Below are positions 9,468 through 19,623 of a DNA stretch of 64,000 nt, piece by piece. This DNA comes from an uncultured virus (IMG/VR IMGVR_UViG_3300043961_000090) (lineage: Duplodnaviria; Heunggongvirae; Uroviricota; Caudoviricetes), in the IMG/VR virus record IMGVR_UViG_3300043961_000090; one strand, written 5' to 3'. The notes below the pieces were generated by a model. It was not told where the DNA came from and searched no databases. It saw nothing but the letters and a program-made list of their open reading frames with translations. Every line of letters begins with the position of its first letter. Positions within the stretch are counted from its first letter, which is position 1. The position numbers and the translations under genes are program-made.

Positions 9468-10634
9468 ATGCCAAAACTGATCAAATTAGTTGGTGATATA
9501 GATAGCTGGGGGTATATGACTTATCAGATTCAAAACCAACTGAGCAATACAAAAAAAGGAGACTCGATAGAGCTTCAGATTGATTCATTGGGAGGTGACG
9601 TCGCTCAGGCGAAGACCATCCAGAACATGATCAAAAGTCAGGGTAATGTCACAGCTCATATTGTCGGTTATACTGCTTCAGCTGCCACATGGGTCGCATT
9701 GGGTGCAGATAAGGTCGTCATGAATGAGGATGTTCTGATGCTTATCCATCAAACAAGTTGCGATCTGACGCTCTATCAGAGTGTGAATGCTGATGATCTT
9801 ACACAGATCATTGCTGATCTTCAGAAGAAGAAAAAGGATAATGAAGCCTTTGATCTGTCGATTGCCCAGAGTTATGTACGTCATAGCCAGGGTAAACTTG
9901 ACGTGAAAGGTGCTCTCAATCTGATGAAAGATGCAGCATGGCTGACACCTGACGATGCATTGAAATATGGACTGATCGATGAGATCAGTAATGAGAAAAA
10001 CATGCAGATAGTTGACAACGCCATCTCGAAGAAAATAATGAATGCTCTCAAGATGCCGGCTATCCCTGTTAAACAACCTGCAGAACAGGAACCGGAGAAA
10101 AAGAATATGGTTACTGCAATAAAAGATGCTCTAACTCAGATTTTCGGAGGTTCGGTGGCTAATGTTGCTCCTGCTGAAGCCCCAAAAGTACAATCAGAAA
10201 AAGATAATACGATTATGAAAAAAGATTATGTAAAGGTGAACACTCTCCTGAAAGTAGAAGGGATTGAGGTAAAGGATGGAAATATTACCCTGACGGAAGA
10301 TCAGGTAAAATCCATCAATGATGCATTGGCAGAAAAGGATGCGAAAGTTGACGAACTCAACAAGAGTCTTGATACTGCCAAAGCAGATAAAAAGACTGCA
10401 GATGATGCACTGTCAAATGCAGAAAAGACTATTGATACGATCAGTGATGACATCAAATCCACTGAGGGTATTTCCGGAAAGGTAGATAAGATAAAAACCC
10501 TGATGAATCATGTTGCAGGTGTTCAGGTTGATACTCCTCCTGCTGAGCATGATCCGGAAGACTGCTCTGACGTGGCTAAAGATCCGATAAATGACTTAGT
10601 CGCTCCATATCTTCACAGAAACACTAAAAAATAA
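9468..10634 (+). CDS. ClpP-type head maturation protease with scaffold-like C-terminus
   Basis: IDSLGGDV, ASAAT, LIHQ, WLTPDDALKYGLIDEI motifs; coiled-coil tail. Confidence 0.9.
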   Translation: MPKLIKLVGDIDSWGYMTYQIQNQLSNTKKGDSIELQIDSLGGDVAQAKTIQNMIKSQGNVTAHIVGYTASAATWVALGADKVVMNEDVLMLIHQTSCDLTLYQSVNADDLTQIIADLQKKKKDNEAFDLSIAQSYVRHSQGKLDVKGALNLMKDAAWLTPDDALKYGLIDEISNEKNMQIVDNAISKKIMNALKMPAIPVKQPAEQEPEKKNMVTAIKDALTQIFGGSVANVAPAEAPKVQSEKDNTIMKKDYVKVNTLLKVEGIEVKDGNITLTEDQVKSINDALAEKDAKVDELNKSLDTAKADKKTADDALSNAEKTIDTISDDIKSTEGISGKVDKIKTLMNHVAGVQVDTPPAEHDPEDCSDVAKDPINDLVAPYLHRNTKK

Positions 10635-10640
10635 ATCATT

Positions 10641-11690
10641 ATGACATTAATTAAAAAAACTATTCCACGAAGATCATCTAATAATTCTGGTTTCAATTAC
10701 AAAAATTCCATTGATGTTTCTGCTGTTAAAGCAGCATTCGATGAGCATTTTGATCTGCTGAATGCCATCGACACCTTGGATGCCAGTGAAGTGTTACAGT
10801 ATTGCTATGGTATTCCCGGAATACAAAATGCTATCCCTCTCGGAAAAGTAGAAGGAGGCTCCGTCTCTTCCATGTATAACGGAGTTTTTCTCGGACAGAC
10901 AGAAGATTCTAAAATCGTTCCAAGAACGCTTACTGTTTACCCTATCAAAATGGAAGATTCGGATGAACCGGAGAATTATCGCCGGACTTATGTTACGGAA
11001 GTTCGAGGAGGATTATATGACGGAGGTCATCCTTTTGAGGTATGGCTGATGGAACATGTTCTTAAATTAGCTTCTCAAGAACTTCTTGATGTCTTGTTTA
11101 CCGCATCTTACGATGCGACTAAAATCTCAAAGACAGTCAATGCATCAATCAAATATTCATTTAATGGCTGGGGTACGATCATTGAAAATGAAAAGACCGC
11201 AACAACTATTTCTACAACGATAGGAAACGAATATGCAACAGGTGTGTTGACAACCGCTAATATCGGCGATAAATTTCTCGAGATGTGGAGAAAGATGCCG
11301 GAAACATACCGTAGAAAGAACTCCATGGTCTTCATGAGTATGGATCTTAGAGACATGTACGTAGATTGGTATGAAGCAAAGTATCAATATGTCGCCGGAG
11401 TTGGAGACCAGGAAAGTCATCCGGTATTTCTGAGAGGTACGAATGGAAAGGTTCAGATCGTACCTGTCTATGGACTCCCTACCGGTTCTCAGTTTGTTTT
11501 GATGACCTCTCAATCAAATATGGCCTATGGATTTGATCAGGAGTCAGATATGAAAACTGTATTACCATTTCCATCAGGTAATCCTTATCAGTTTACGATG
11601 GCCGGAAAATATGTATTCGGATGCCAGTTTGTAAGTATTGACAAGGCAGAACTTTGTGTCAATGACCAGCCGCTTACTCCGGCACCCTAA
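10641..11690 (+). CDS. Probable major capsid protein
   Basis: 349 aa directly after the protease; size and position. Confidence 0.75.
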   Translation: MTLIKKTIPRRSSNNSGFNYKNSIDVSAVKAAFDEHFDLLNAIDTLDASEVLQYCYGIPGIQNAIPLGKVEGGSVSSMYNGVFLGQTEDSKIVPRTLTVYPIKMEDSDEPENYRRTYVTEVRGGLYDGGHPFEVWLMEHVLKLASQELLDVLFTASYDATKISKTVNASIKYSFNGWGTIIENEKTATTISTTIGNEYATGVLTTANIGDKFLEMWRKMPETYRRKNSMVFMSMDLRDMYVDWYEAKYQYVAGVGDQESHPVFLRGTNGKVQIVPVYGLPTGSQFVLMTSQSNMAYGFDQESDMKTVLPFPSGNPYQFTMAGKYVFGCQFVSIDKAELCVNDQPLTPAP

Positions 11691-11707
11691 AAATAGGAGG
11701 ATAGAAT

Positions 11708-12301
11708 ATGTCTACAAAATGTATATCTTTAGCCAACATCGATGAGAACCTTGATTGCGCCGAACAGGACAATATGGGTGGACTTACCCCAAAAGTGATT
11801 TTCGGATATTGGGATGATGTGGCCGGATGGCCATCATTACCTGTTGGTGCAGCCGACGCCCCAGTTGCTCTTGCTGCTGCCGGAGCTCTTTCAGGTGATG
11901 TAACGATGAAAACCGGAGTTCAGGCTTATACCTTCGATTTCGGGGAAGACAAAGGCAATTTTACCATAGCTCCACAAGGTGAAATTGGATCATTGAGTAT
12001 GCTGTATACGCTGACAATAGTCAGTGCAAAGATCCGAAACACAATACTCGGATTTTTGAATGCGGTGAAAAACAAGAAAATGTTTTTTATCGTACAGGAT
12101 GCTAATGGCGAATATTATCTGATGGGAGATTCCCGCCGTGCTGCTCATCTCAATTCAGGTGATGGTGCAGCTACAGGTACCGCTGCTACAGATGCCAACC
12201 AAACCACATTGAAATTCACATACGTCTCTCCGCGTGCATTGCAATATGTAGGAGATGTAGCCAATTTGCTTTCTGCTGTCCAAGCACCTGCCGGGTCTTA
12301 A
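11708..12301 (+). CDS. Probable structural protein (tail tube-like)
   Basis: 197-aa Ala/Gly/Thr-rich ORF after capsid, followed by a terminator. Confidence 0.55.
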   Translation: MSTKCISLANIDENLDCAEQDNMGGLTPKVIFGYWDDVAGWPSLPVGAADAPVALAAAGALSGDVTMKTGVQAYTFDFGEDKGNFTIAPQGEIGSLSMLYTLTIVSAKIRNTILGFLNAVKNKKMFFIVQDANGEYYLMGDSRRAAHLNSGDGAATGTAATDANQTTLKFTYVSPRALQYVGDVANLLSAVQAPAGS

Positions 12302-12321
12302 TGCTTTTCTCTCTGTTAGCC

Positions 12322-12360
12322 GACGCCTCATGTCCATAATGGTCATGGGGCGTTTTTGTT
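12322..12360 (+). terminator. Intrinsic terminator
   Basis: ACGCCTCATG...CATGGGGCGT stem followed by T-tract. Confidence 0.7.
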
Positions 12361-12421
12361 TTTGTCCGATAGTTGCGATTAGAATCGCACTATATTTGCA
12401 ATATATCAAAAAACGAACAAA

Positions 12422-13303
12422 ATGGAATTAGACAAACAGTATTATGACGCCCGCGACGAAGCCATTCAATGGCTTAATCTCGATTATCATCGCCGGTCAT
12501 GGAAAAAAGGTATACAACTCCTCGAACAGATGCGATTTCAGCCTCTCAAAGTAAGATCGTTGAAAATGCACGGAAACACACCGATTTGCATGCGAATGCT
12601 GATCAATACCATGCGTTATGCAATCAAGTGGTTCAGGGATACTGATAATCCGCAATTCGCGGATGGAATACCTGCAGAACTTCTCAATCAGGACGAAGGG
12701 CCGAAAACTCCGGTAAAAGAAGAGGCTAAAGTGGCCGAACAGAAAGATTCTGAGAAGTTCAAGAATATGCCTGAATCCGTTCAGGTGCTCACGCTTCGTT
12801 TTTCTGAAGCATTCAAGCACCGTGCAATTCTTCACCGTGCCATGGCCGATATAGGAGAAAAAAATGATAAGGAAAGCATGGATAAAAGGAAAGACCTGTC
12901 AGAACAGATCGACCGGTTATCGAGTCTCATGGACCGCCTTTATCCGCTGAAAGAAGCATACGAGCAACAGAGTATAATCCCTACATTGGAGCAAATCAAT
13001 GAGATTCAGAATTTACCTGCTCCTGTTGCAGATCAATCATCAAAACAGATCGCGGAAAGCAGTTTGCGCAAAAAAGAAGAGGACTTTTCTTCGATGTGCA
13101 AAGAGAAACTTGCAAAACGACATCATTCTATCCGGACGCAATTAGTAAAAAAGAACAACCGGCTGAAATATAACACGGAAAAGAAACTGGACAAACTGAA
13201 CCCGATGCCGGACAGTTCTGAGAGGACGAAAATTGAAACACAGGTCAGATTGCTGGGTGATCAACTCCAGCAGGTTGACCAGGCACTTGCTAAATTCGGA
13301 TAA
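12422..13303 (+). CDS. Hypothetical helical phage protein
   Basis: 293-aa ORF with own promoter. Confidence 0.65.
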   Translation: MELDKQYYDARDEAIQWLNLDYHRRSWKKGIQLLEQMRFQPLKVRSLKMHGNTPICMRMLINTMRYAIKWFRDTDNPQFADGIPAELLNQDEGPKTPVKEEAKVAEQKDSEKFKNMPESVQVLTLRFSEAFKHRAILHRAMADIGEKNDKESMDKRKDLSEQIDRLSSLMDRLYPLKEAYEQQSIIPTLEQINEIQNLPAPVADQSSKQIAESSLRKKEEDFSSMCKEKLAKRHHSIRTQLVKKNNRLKYNTEKKLDKLNPMPDSSERTKIETQVRLLGDQLQQVDQALAKFG

Positions 13304-13305
13304 TT

Positions 13306-13881
13306 ATGGCAAAAAAATCATTGGCCGAACTTTCTTCGGATGATATTCTCGCGAGTATCCTGGATCCTGAAGGATCACCTTTACCTGCCAAATATGAGCA
13401 GGAAAAACGGCGTGTGATACAGGCTGCACAATTATGGGATAGTTATCCGAATGAGCGACAGGTTTCACGGATGTTGCAGATAAAATACAATATATCCCTT
13501 AAAACAGCCTACCGTGATATTGCCTTATCCAAGCAGTTGTTTAAATCAGAGCATACCTTTGACTGGGATGCGACAATGGCATGGATGATTAAGGATCAGA
13601 TTGAACTGATCAACAAATGCAAGGTACATGGTGATTATAAGGAATGGAACAATGCTAAGAAAGTACTCCGCCAGATTATCGGTGATCGTCCTGCCAAAGA
13701 AGATGACCCGAAGCGTATGCAGGCAAATATGTTTGTGATTCAAGTCAACAATAATGGCCATGTTTTCAATCTTTCCCTGGATAAAGTGCGCAAACTTGCT
13801 CCAGACGAACTCAAGACCATGATCGATGCAATGAGTGATCCGATCACTGATGCGGATGCAGAAGAAATTTTTGATTCTTAA
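13306..13881 (+). CDS. Probable terminase small subunit
   Basis: HTH-like KYNISLKTAYRDI; position upstream of large terminase. Confidence 0.6.
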   Translation: MAKKSLAELSSDDILASILDPEGSPLPAKYEQEKRRVIQAAQLWDSYPNERQVSRMLQIKYNISLKTAYRDIALSKQLFKSEHTFDWDATMAWMIKDQIELINKCKVHGDYKEWNNAKKVLRQIIGDRPAKEDDPKRMQANMFVIQVNNNGHVFNLSLDKVRKLAPDELKTMIDAMSDPITDADAEEIFDS

Positions 13882-13891
13882 TCATATAAAA

Positions 13892-14158
13892 ATGAATACA
13901 ATATTAAAAGACCACAGATTGATCAAGGTCCTGGTCGATCATCGAAAGATTGACTTTGTGACGGTTTCCAGGACAAAGATAATATGTACCCTTTCGCCGA
14001 AATTCCGTCCGGACGATGTCGATATACTCTGGCACCAGGTTGGCCAATGGCCGATGACGCAAAAAAGAAACGGAAAGAATTACATTATCTTTGACCGTTT
14101 CCCGGATGAAAAGACCATGACTGCACCCCCGATGCCATTGAAAAAACCACAAGCCTGA
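13892..14158 (+). CDS. Hypothetical protein
   Basis: Likely start MNTILKD; stop overlaps terminase start. Confidence 0.5.
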   Translation: MNTILKDHRLIKVLVDHRKIDFVTVSRTKIICTLSPKFRPDDVDILWHQVGQWPMTQKRNGKNYIIFDRFPDEKTMTAPPMPLKKPQA

Positions 14159-15891
14159 TGGAACAGGATTACTGGGAGGAAGATATTAAGGTTAATCCTG
14201 CTCAGATGGCATATATGCTCTTGCAGGCAAAAAATAAATATGTCATCTATTCGCGTGGTACCGGTAAATCCTTTATCGTCGGAAGTGATGTCGATGAGAA
14301 TGTCCGGACGATGCCGCGTGGAATCACCTCTCTTACCCAGGCTACGATCGGCCAGGCATTGACCAAGACTCTCCCGTCTACATTCAAGATGCTGGAGCAA
14401 TTGGGTTACAAAAAGTATGATTATACTACTCATACCGGCGATTATGTGATCTGTCAGAAACCACCTGATGGTTTCTATCAGCCATACGAACATATCATGT
14501 CGTATGAGCATTGCATCACGTTTTCGAATGGTCATTGCCTGTATATATTGACTCAGGAAGGCAATAGTCGTGGACCGTCTGTAGACTATAACATCACAGA
14601 TGAAGCGTTAACACTGAACAAGGATAAATTTGACCAGCAGGTTGCTCCGACCAACCGGGGCAATGAATTTATCTTTGGCCGACGCTCCAAGCATCCTGTC
14701 CTGAAGCATCATGGTAATGCGTTCTTTTCATCTATGCCTTATACTCCACAGCAAAAGTGGTTATTAGAACCAGCTAAATATTATGAGGAAGAGCGTGGTA
14801 TCCATCTGTTTGAAATCTGGAACAAGATCGTCAATCTGCAGATGCAACTGATACAGTCGAAGATTGACAAAGATATCACTAAATTCAAGGACATCTGGAA
14901 TGAATGTGCGCGACTCCGAAAGACGATTACTCCGTTTGTCAGCAAAGATAAGACATTATTCATCCTCGGTTCTATATTCGATAATATACAGAATGTCGGA
15001 CTATCTTATATCATGAACCAGTATAAGGTCATGGACAAACTCTCGTTCATGATCGAGATTTTGAACTATATGGTTGACCGCGTCGCGAATTGTTATTACA
15101 AACTCGATGACAGACATATCTATTACAATGCCACGAATGATTCTTTCATCAAGGATTTTGCTGAGAACAATGATTACAACATGCGCGAACTGGCACGCGA
15201 TAATGACTGCCGTCGTGATCTCGACTGTGATCCGCGCCAACCGCTTGAGATATGTACGGACTGGGGAAGCAATGCTTCGTTCCTCTCTGTTGGTCAGCCA
15301 CGCAATTATGACTTTGTAACCCATGAGCTCAGTCTTTTCCCTGTCTTCGACATCATCAATGAGTTCTATGCCCAGCGCAATGAAGAGGACGATACCCTGG
15401 TCAATGCACTGTGTGATAAGTTTGCTGCCTACTATGCCAATCATCTCACACGTCACATCATCTACTATCGGGACCGGTATGGAGATGTGCGTCATGCGAA
15501 TGCCAAGAAGAGTTACAATGAGATGTTCATTGACCGTCTGACCTCCCGCTATGGCTGGACGGTTGAACCGCGCGTTCATGGAGGTATAGAACCGCCACAG
15601 CATGATAAGTTCCTGCTATGGATGCAGTTGCTTGCTGAGACAGACGCACGTTATCCGCATATCAGGATCAACGGAGATAAGTGCAAGTATACCCTGATAT
15701 CCATGAACAACACGAGCGTGATCACTGATCCTCAGACCGGTAAGTTTACCAAGGATAAACGGAGTGAACGCAATTCTACCATCTCTCCTCTCGAGGCCAC
15801 CCACTTTGGTGATTGTTTGGATAAGATGATCTGGACCAAGTATGGCAGTCTCCTAAATGGTACCCATAGTTTTGTCGATGTGAGGATATAG
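14158..15891 (+). CDS. Terminase large subunit
   Basis: Walker A SRGTGKS, Walker B ITDEA, nuclease acidic motifs DWG and THFGDCLD. Confidence 0.85.
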   Translation: MEQDYWEEDIKVNPAQMAYMLLQAKNKYVIYSRGTGKSFIVGSDVDENVRTMPRGITSLTQATIGQALTKTLPSTFKMLEQLGYKKYDYTTHTGDYVICQKPPDGFYQPYEHIMSYEHCITFSNGHCLYILTQEGNSRGPSVDYNITDEALTLNKDKFDQQVAPTNRGNEFIFGRRSKHPVLKHHGNAFFSSMPYTPQQKWLLEPAKYYEEERGIHLFEIWNKIVNLQMQLIQSKIDKDITKFKDIWNECARLRKTITPFVSKDKTLFILGSIFDNIQNVGLSYIMNQYKVMDKLSFMIEILNYMVDRVANCYYKLDDRHIYYNATNDSFIKDFAENNDYNMRELARDNDCRRDLDCDPRQPLEICTDWGSNASFLSVGQPRNYDFVTHELSLFPVFDIINEFYAQRNEEDDTLVNALCDKFAAYYANHLTRHIIYYRDRYGDVRHANAKKSYNEMFIDRLTSRYGWTVEPRVHGGIEPPQHDKFLLWMQLLAETDARYPHIRINGDKCKYTLISMNNTSVITDPQTGKFTKDKRSERNSTISPLEATHFGDCLDKMIWTKYGSLLNGTHSFVDVRI

Positions 15892-16186
15892 TCCTCACCT
15901 ACCCTGTCAGTCCGTGCGACTCCGCGTGCGATTCTGCATCTGATGCAATCGCAGGTCGGGGTCGCATTCCTGTCATATATCCTTGTTTTTGCGACTGCTT
16001 TCGCGACTGGCGGCATAGGGCGCGGCTGAGTAAAACGCAAAACAAAATTTTTCAAAAATGGTTTTCAAGCATTTTTTGGCTGACTTTCAAGTATTTGCAA
16101 AATCCTTAGTGTCCCTGCTTTTTGTCCAATTGAAGTGCTCCAAAAATATCTAATTTTGCCTTTGTACAATCAAAATACAGATAAAG

Positions 16187-16774
16187 ATGAAGGTTACAAG
16201 AGAAATTTTGCTGAAAATCATGCCACATGCCAGGAAAGAGGTTGATTCCTACCTTCCCTGGCTGAATCTTTATGCTCCGGTCTATGGGGTAAACACTGCC
16301 ATGCGATGGTGTCATTACCTTGCTCAGGTGGCTGTGGAAAGCGCAGAATTGCGATATACCAGGGAGATTGCATCAGGAGCAGCGTATGATACCGGTAAAT
16401 TGGCAATAAGACTTGGAAATACACCGGAAAAAGATGGTGATGGCGAGAAATATAAGGGAGGTGGACCATTACAGGTCACCGGATATGCTAATTACAAAAA
16501 ATTATCTGCTGCACTCAAGATTGACTTTATCACTCACCCGGAACTGATTGCAACGCCATATTATGGAGTATTATCCAGTTTTTGGTTCTGGAAATTCGGA
16601 ACCGGGCATGATCTTAACCTTCTGGCCGATAAAGATGAGTATACTCACATCAGAGAGCTTATCAATGGCGGTCATAACGGACTTAAACAGGGTTTGGACT
16701 ATCTCGGAAAGGCTAAAAGAGCATTTGGAATCTTAAAATCAAAAAATAATCCTTTAAAATCAAAGAAAAAATGA
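16187..16774 (+). CDS. GH19 (chitinase/lysozyme-like) endolysin
   Basis: YLAQVAVES, LGNTPEKDGDGEKYKGGGPLQVTGYANY, INGGHNGL. Confidence 0.9.
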   Translation: MKVTREILLKIMPHARKEVDSYLPWLNLYAPVYGVNTAMRWCHYLAQVAVESAELRYTREIASGAAYDTGKLAIRLGNTPEKDGDGEKYKGGGPLQVTGYANYKKLSAALKIDFITHPELIATPYYGVLSSFWFWKFGTGHDLNLLADKDEYTHIRELINGGHNGLKQGLDYLGKAKRAFGILKSKNNPLKSKKK

Positions 16775-17256
16775 AAAAACTGATTCTTAAAATTAAGATG
16801 TTGTTCAGCATATTGACGACTTGGTTCGCCAGTATGCTGAGTAAAAACGATGAAATTGTCAAGATATTTGCTCCATTTGCAATAAATATCTGCAATTTCA
16901 TCAAGGAGTACAATGGTTCTGCACCTATTGATGCTATCAGACTATTCATCGAGTCGACAGGAAATGCCTATCTCAAGTCAGTTATAGGTATCACGGACAA
17001 ACTGTTGAATGATGAGAATATGGATAAGGTCATCGCAGTACTTAATATTGCCAGTAAGGCTGCTTCAGCAAGGACTGTGGCCGATAAACTTAATATCATA
17101 TTAGATTATATCAAATCCCTGGAAACTGATAAGAGAAAGATCGCATGGACGACTCTTGCTGCCATGATCGCATCTGACCTGGCAAACGGTAAATTGAGTT
17201 GGCAGGAATTATATTCTATCGCACAGGGTATCTATGAAAAGAAGTTGAACTTATGA
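16771..17256 (+). CDS. Hypothetical lysis-region protein
   Basis: 161 aa, ATGA-type coupling to lysin. Confidence 0.6.
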   Translation: MKKLILKIKMLFSILTTWFASMLSKNDEIVKIFAPFAINICNFIKEYNGSAPIDAIRLFIESTGNAYLKSVIGITDKLLNDENMDKVIAVLNIASKAASARTVADKLNIILDYIKSLETDKRKIAWTTLAAMIASDLANGKLSWQELYSIAQGIYEKKLNL

Positions 17257-17909
17257 TAAATTTTTTGAGTTTAAAGAAGAAATCACAGTCGGCAGTCATC
17301 CTGTCGGCCGTGATCCTTGTTGTTCTCATCTCATTTTCTGTTCTTTTTTCGCGGTATTCTTACGAAAAGAAAAGAGCTCATGAGTTTGAGCAATCGAGCA
17401 AGCAGCTCTCGATGACTGTCAATCATCTGAATGATAGTAACCGCATCTTCAAGACTAAATTGGGGAAGGCTACGGTATGGGCTTCCGAGTCTCAGACGCT
17501 TTACATGGATAAAAAGAACCTGGTATCTCAACTGACCACCCAACTCGGCGTCAAGAAGAAAGAGTTGCATGATATCGGTATCAAGATAAAGGATATCCAG
17601 TCGGTTGTCTCTGTCAATTCGACCTCGAGTGATACCGTGCATACCGTTGCGTATATCGATAGTATTCAGTCGCTTCATGCCGAATATTGCGACAGTTTTA
17701 TAACGATCGCAACTCAGATATTCCGGAACAACCAGGCTGTTATCCGATATACGAGCCGAGAAACATACGATCTGTTCAACTATGTTTCCTTCCGGCATCA
17801 TTTCCTCTTCTTTCGCTGGGGGCGTGACAACAAGTACCTTTTGCTCCCGCATAATCCCCATACCAAGGCTGTTATTAAGGCCATTCACATGATACGGTCC
17901 AATCCGTAA
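17253..17909 (+). CDS. Membrane-anchored coiled-coil protein (spanin-like)
   Basis: N-terminal TM helix, coiled coil, C-terminal HHFLFFRWG; in lysis cassette. Confidence 0.55.
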   Translation: MINFLSLKKKSQSAVILSAVILVVLISFSVLFSRYSYEKKRAHEFEQSSKQLSMTVNHLNDSNRIFKTKLGKATVWASESQTLYMDKKNLVSQLTTQLGVKKKELHDIGIKIKDIQSVVSVNSTSSDTVHTVAYIDSIQSLHAEYCDSFITIATQIFRNNQAVIRYTSRETYDLFNYVSFRHHFLFFRWGRDNKYLLLPHNPHTKAVIKAIHMIRSNP

Positions 17910-17931
17910 ACTGCCTATAGATAAAGAGATT

Positions 17932-17960
17932 GCCCAGACTATTCTAGTTTGGGCTTTTTT
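17932..17960 (+). terminator. Intrinsic terminator
   Basis: GCCCAGACT/AGTTTGGGC stem plus T6. Confidence 0.8.
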
Positions 17961-18015
17961 ATTCTAAATCCATTAATTTAAATGTATAAATATTGTTAAT
18001 GTGATAAAGAAAGTC

Positions 18016-18056
18016 ATACTTTTGTTTTGATATGTGAGATAAAAGTATTACCTTTG
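18016..18056 (+). promoter_or_regulatory. Host-type promoter with overlapping inverted repeat
   Basis: TTTG 18026-18029, 19 bp, TACCTTTG 18049-18056; ATACTTTT/AAAAGTAT at 18016-18023 and 18041-18048. Confidence 0.7.
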
Positions 18057-18098
18057 TATCAGATAAAGAAATAAAGAACAATTTAAAAATCAAAGATT

Positions 18099-18347
18099 AT
18101 GAAAAAGATCAAGAACGTTACGACAGGTGTACTTAATGAGTTTGGAAACTTTTACGGAGATGTAGAAATTGAGCATGATAAATTAGAGGAGGCTTATGAT
18201 TTTCTCGAAGATGAATTAGATGATGATATGAAGAATTCCCCGGAATTGTGGGCCGGAGAATTTGAGAGCGGCTGTAAAAGATACGCCATCGTTGGTGACG
18301 GTGCAATGACATCCAATGGCGAATATGTAGTTGCTGAAATCATCTAA
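18099..18347 (+). CDS. Small acidic protein, anti-CRISPR candidate
   Basis: 82 aa, 20 D/E vs 7 K/R; own promoter; followed by HTH gene. Function is inference. Confidence 0.5.
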   Translation: MKKIKNVTTGVLNEFGNFYGDVEIEHDKLEEAYDFLEDELDDDMKNSPELWAGEFESGCKRYAIVGDGAMTSNGEYVVAEII

Positions 18348-18390
18348 ACTCAAAACCTAGCCCTGTACAGGTTAAGGGCAAAAAATTATT

Positions 18391-18657
18391 ATGAATAAGG
18401 ATATAGAGAATGAAGCCATCCGAATGTATTCGGCTGGCAAGAAGACAAAAGATATACTTACTGCTACTGGAGTAGGATCACAGAGCACATTATATCGGAT
18501 ATTAGATCGGAATAATATCCCTAAAAGGCCACCTAAAAAGGTAAAAAAAATAACGATATCCCTTGATAAGGATGTCATGGATAAAGTAAATCAGGAAAAT
18601 CCAGATAATTTATCGCAATGGATATGTGATAGAATCAGAAAATCATATCAAAATTAG
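18391..18657 (+). CDS. Small HTH plus RHH-like DNA-binding protein (Aca-like)
   Basis: TKDILTATGVGSQSTLYRIL HTH; KITISLDKDVMDKV...NLSQWICDRI RHH-like. Confidence 0.7.
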   Translation: MNKDIENEAIRMYSAGKKTKDILTATGVGSQSTLYRILDRNNIPKRPPKKVKKITISLDKDVMDKVNQENPDNLSQWICDRIRKSYQN

Positions 18658-18764
18658 AATAAAAGACTTTCCCTTCCATATTTTATTGCAAAAAGTGGAG
18701 GATATGCCATGATTTATACCGAAAAACACTAACTTTGCATTTAGAACTCTAAATGAAAGTGATT

Positions 18765-19616
18765 ATGAAGAAAATTATATTATTCCTAATTGTTATTATT
18801 GCTTCAGCAGCATTCGCCCAGAAAAATACACATCAATATCAGAGTAAAAAAAATACTGATTCCATCAAATATTGCCTTAATGTGCTGAAATACCCGGATC
18901 GCCTCCTCTTCGAGGGCTGGGGACTTCCATTTTATAGGTTGCCAAATGATGATAGTATAACTGACAGTCTACCGCAGGTTATAGATTGTTATATTATAGG
19001 TGATAACAAGGATCGGTATTTATGTACTTCGTATGGAAAAGCATTCTGGATTAATAAGAAAGATCTATTATTGAATCATGATAGCATTGATAATCTGCTG
19101 CATAACAAATGCAGGATCTATTCGCGATATGTGAGAAACAAAGGCATTTTCTACTCTAAAGGAGACCTGGATTATTTTAAAGACCAGATGAATCTCATAT
19201 ATGGCTCACCAGTAACCATATATACTGCCGAAAAATATCAGGAAAATGAATATATGAATACAACAAGTTTCAAATTTGAGATTGGCAATAATACCAAGAA
19301 GATCATCAAATATGTATATCTAACGATAAAAGGATATAATGCCGTAAATGATCCTGTTGAAAACAGTGTAACAGAAACATGTATCGGTCCTATTTCTCCT
19401 GAAGAAACAGCATCTTATAAATTTGAAAATATCTGGTGGACGGATGTTATCGAAAAAGTAAAAATAATCGGGTTGAAACTAAAATTTACGGATAATACTT
19501 ATCGAATTATTCCTCATCCGGAGAAATGTATTTATACACCCGTGTTTGGATATCAGGTAAACTGCTTTAGCAAAATAGATACTTGTATAGATGTTGATGA
19601 TCTAATAGGTAAATAA
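18765..19616 (+). CDS. Exported accessory (moron) protein
   Basis: Signal peptide MKKIILFLIVIIASAAFAQ; TAACTTTG promoter upstream. Confidence 0.7.
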   Translation: MKKIILFLIVIIASAAFAQKNTHQYQSKKNTDSIKYCLNVLKYPDRLLFEGWGLPFYRLPNDDSITDSLPQVIDCYIIGDNKDRYLCTSYGKAFWINKKDLLLNHDSIDNLLHNKCRIYSRYVRNKGIFYSKGDLDYFKDQMNLIYGSPVTIYTAEKYQENEYMNTTSFKFEIGNNTKKIIKYVYLTIKGYNAVNDPVENSVTETCIGPISPEETASYKFENIWWTDVIEKVKIIGLKLKFTDNTYRIIPHPEKCIYTPVFGYQVNCFSKIDTCIDVDDLIGK

Positions 19617-19623
19617 AAATATT

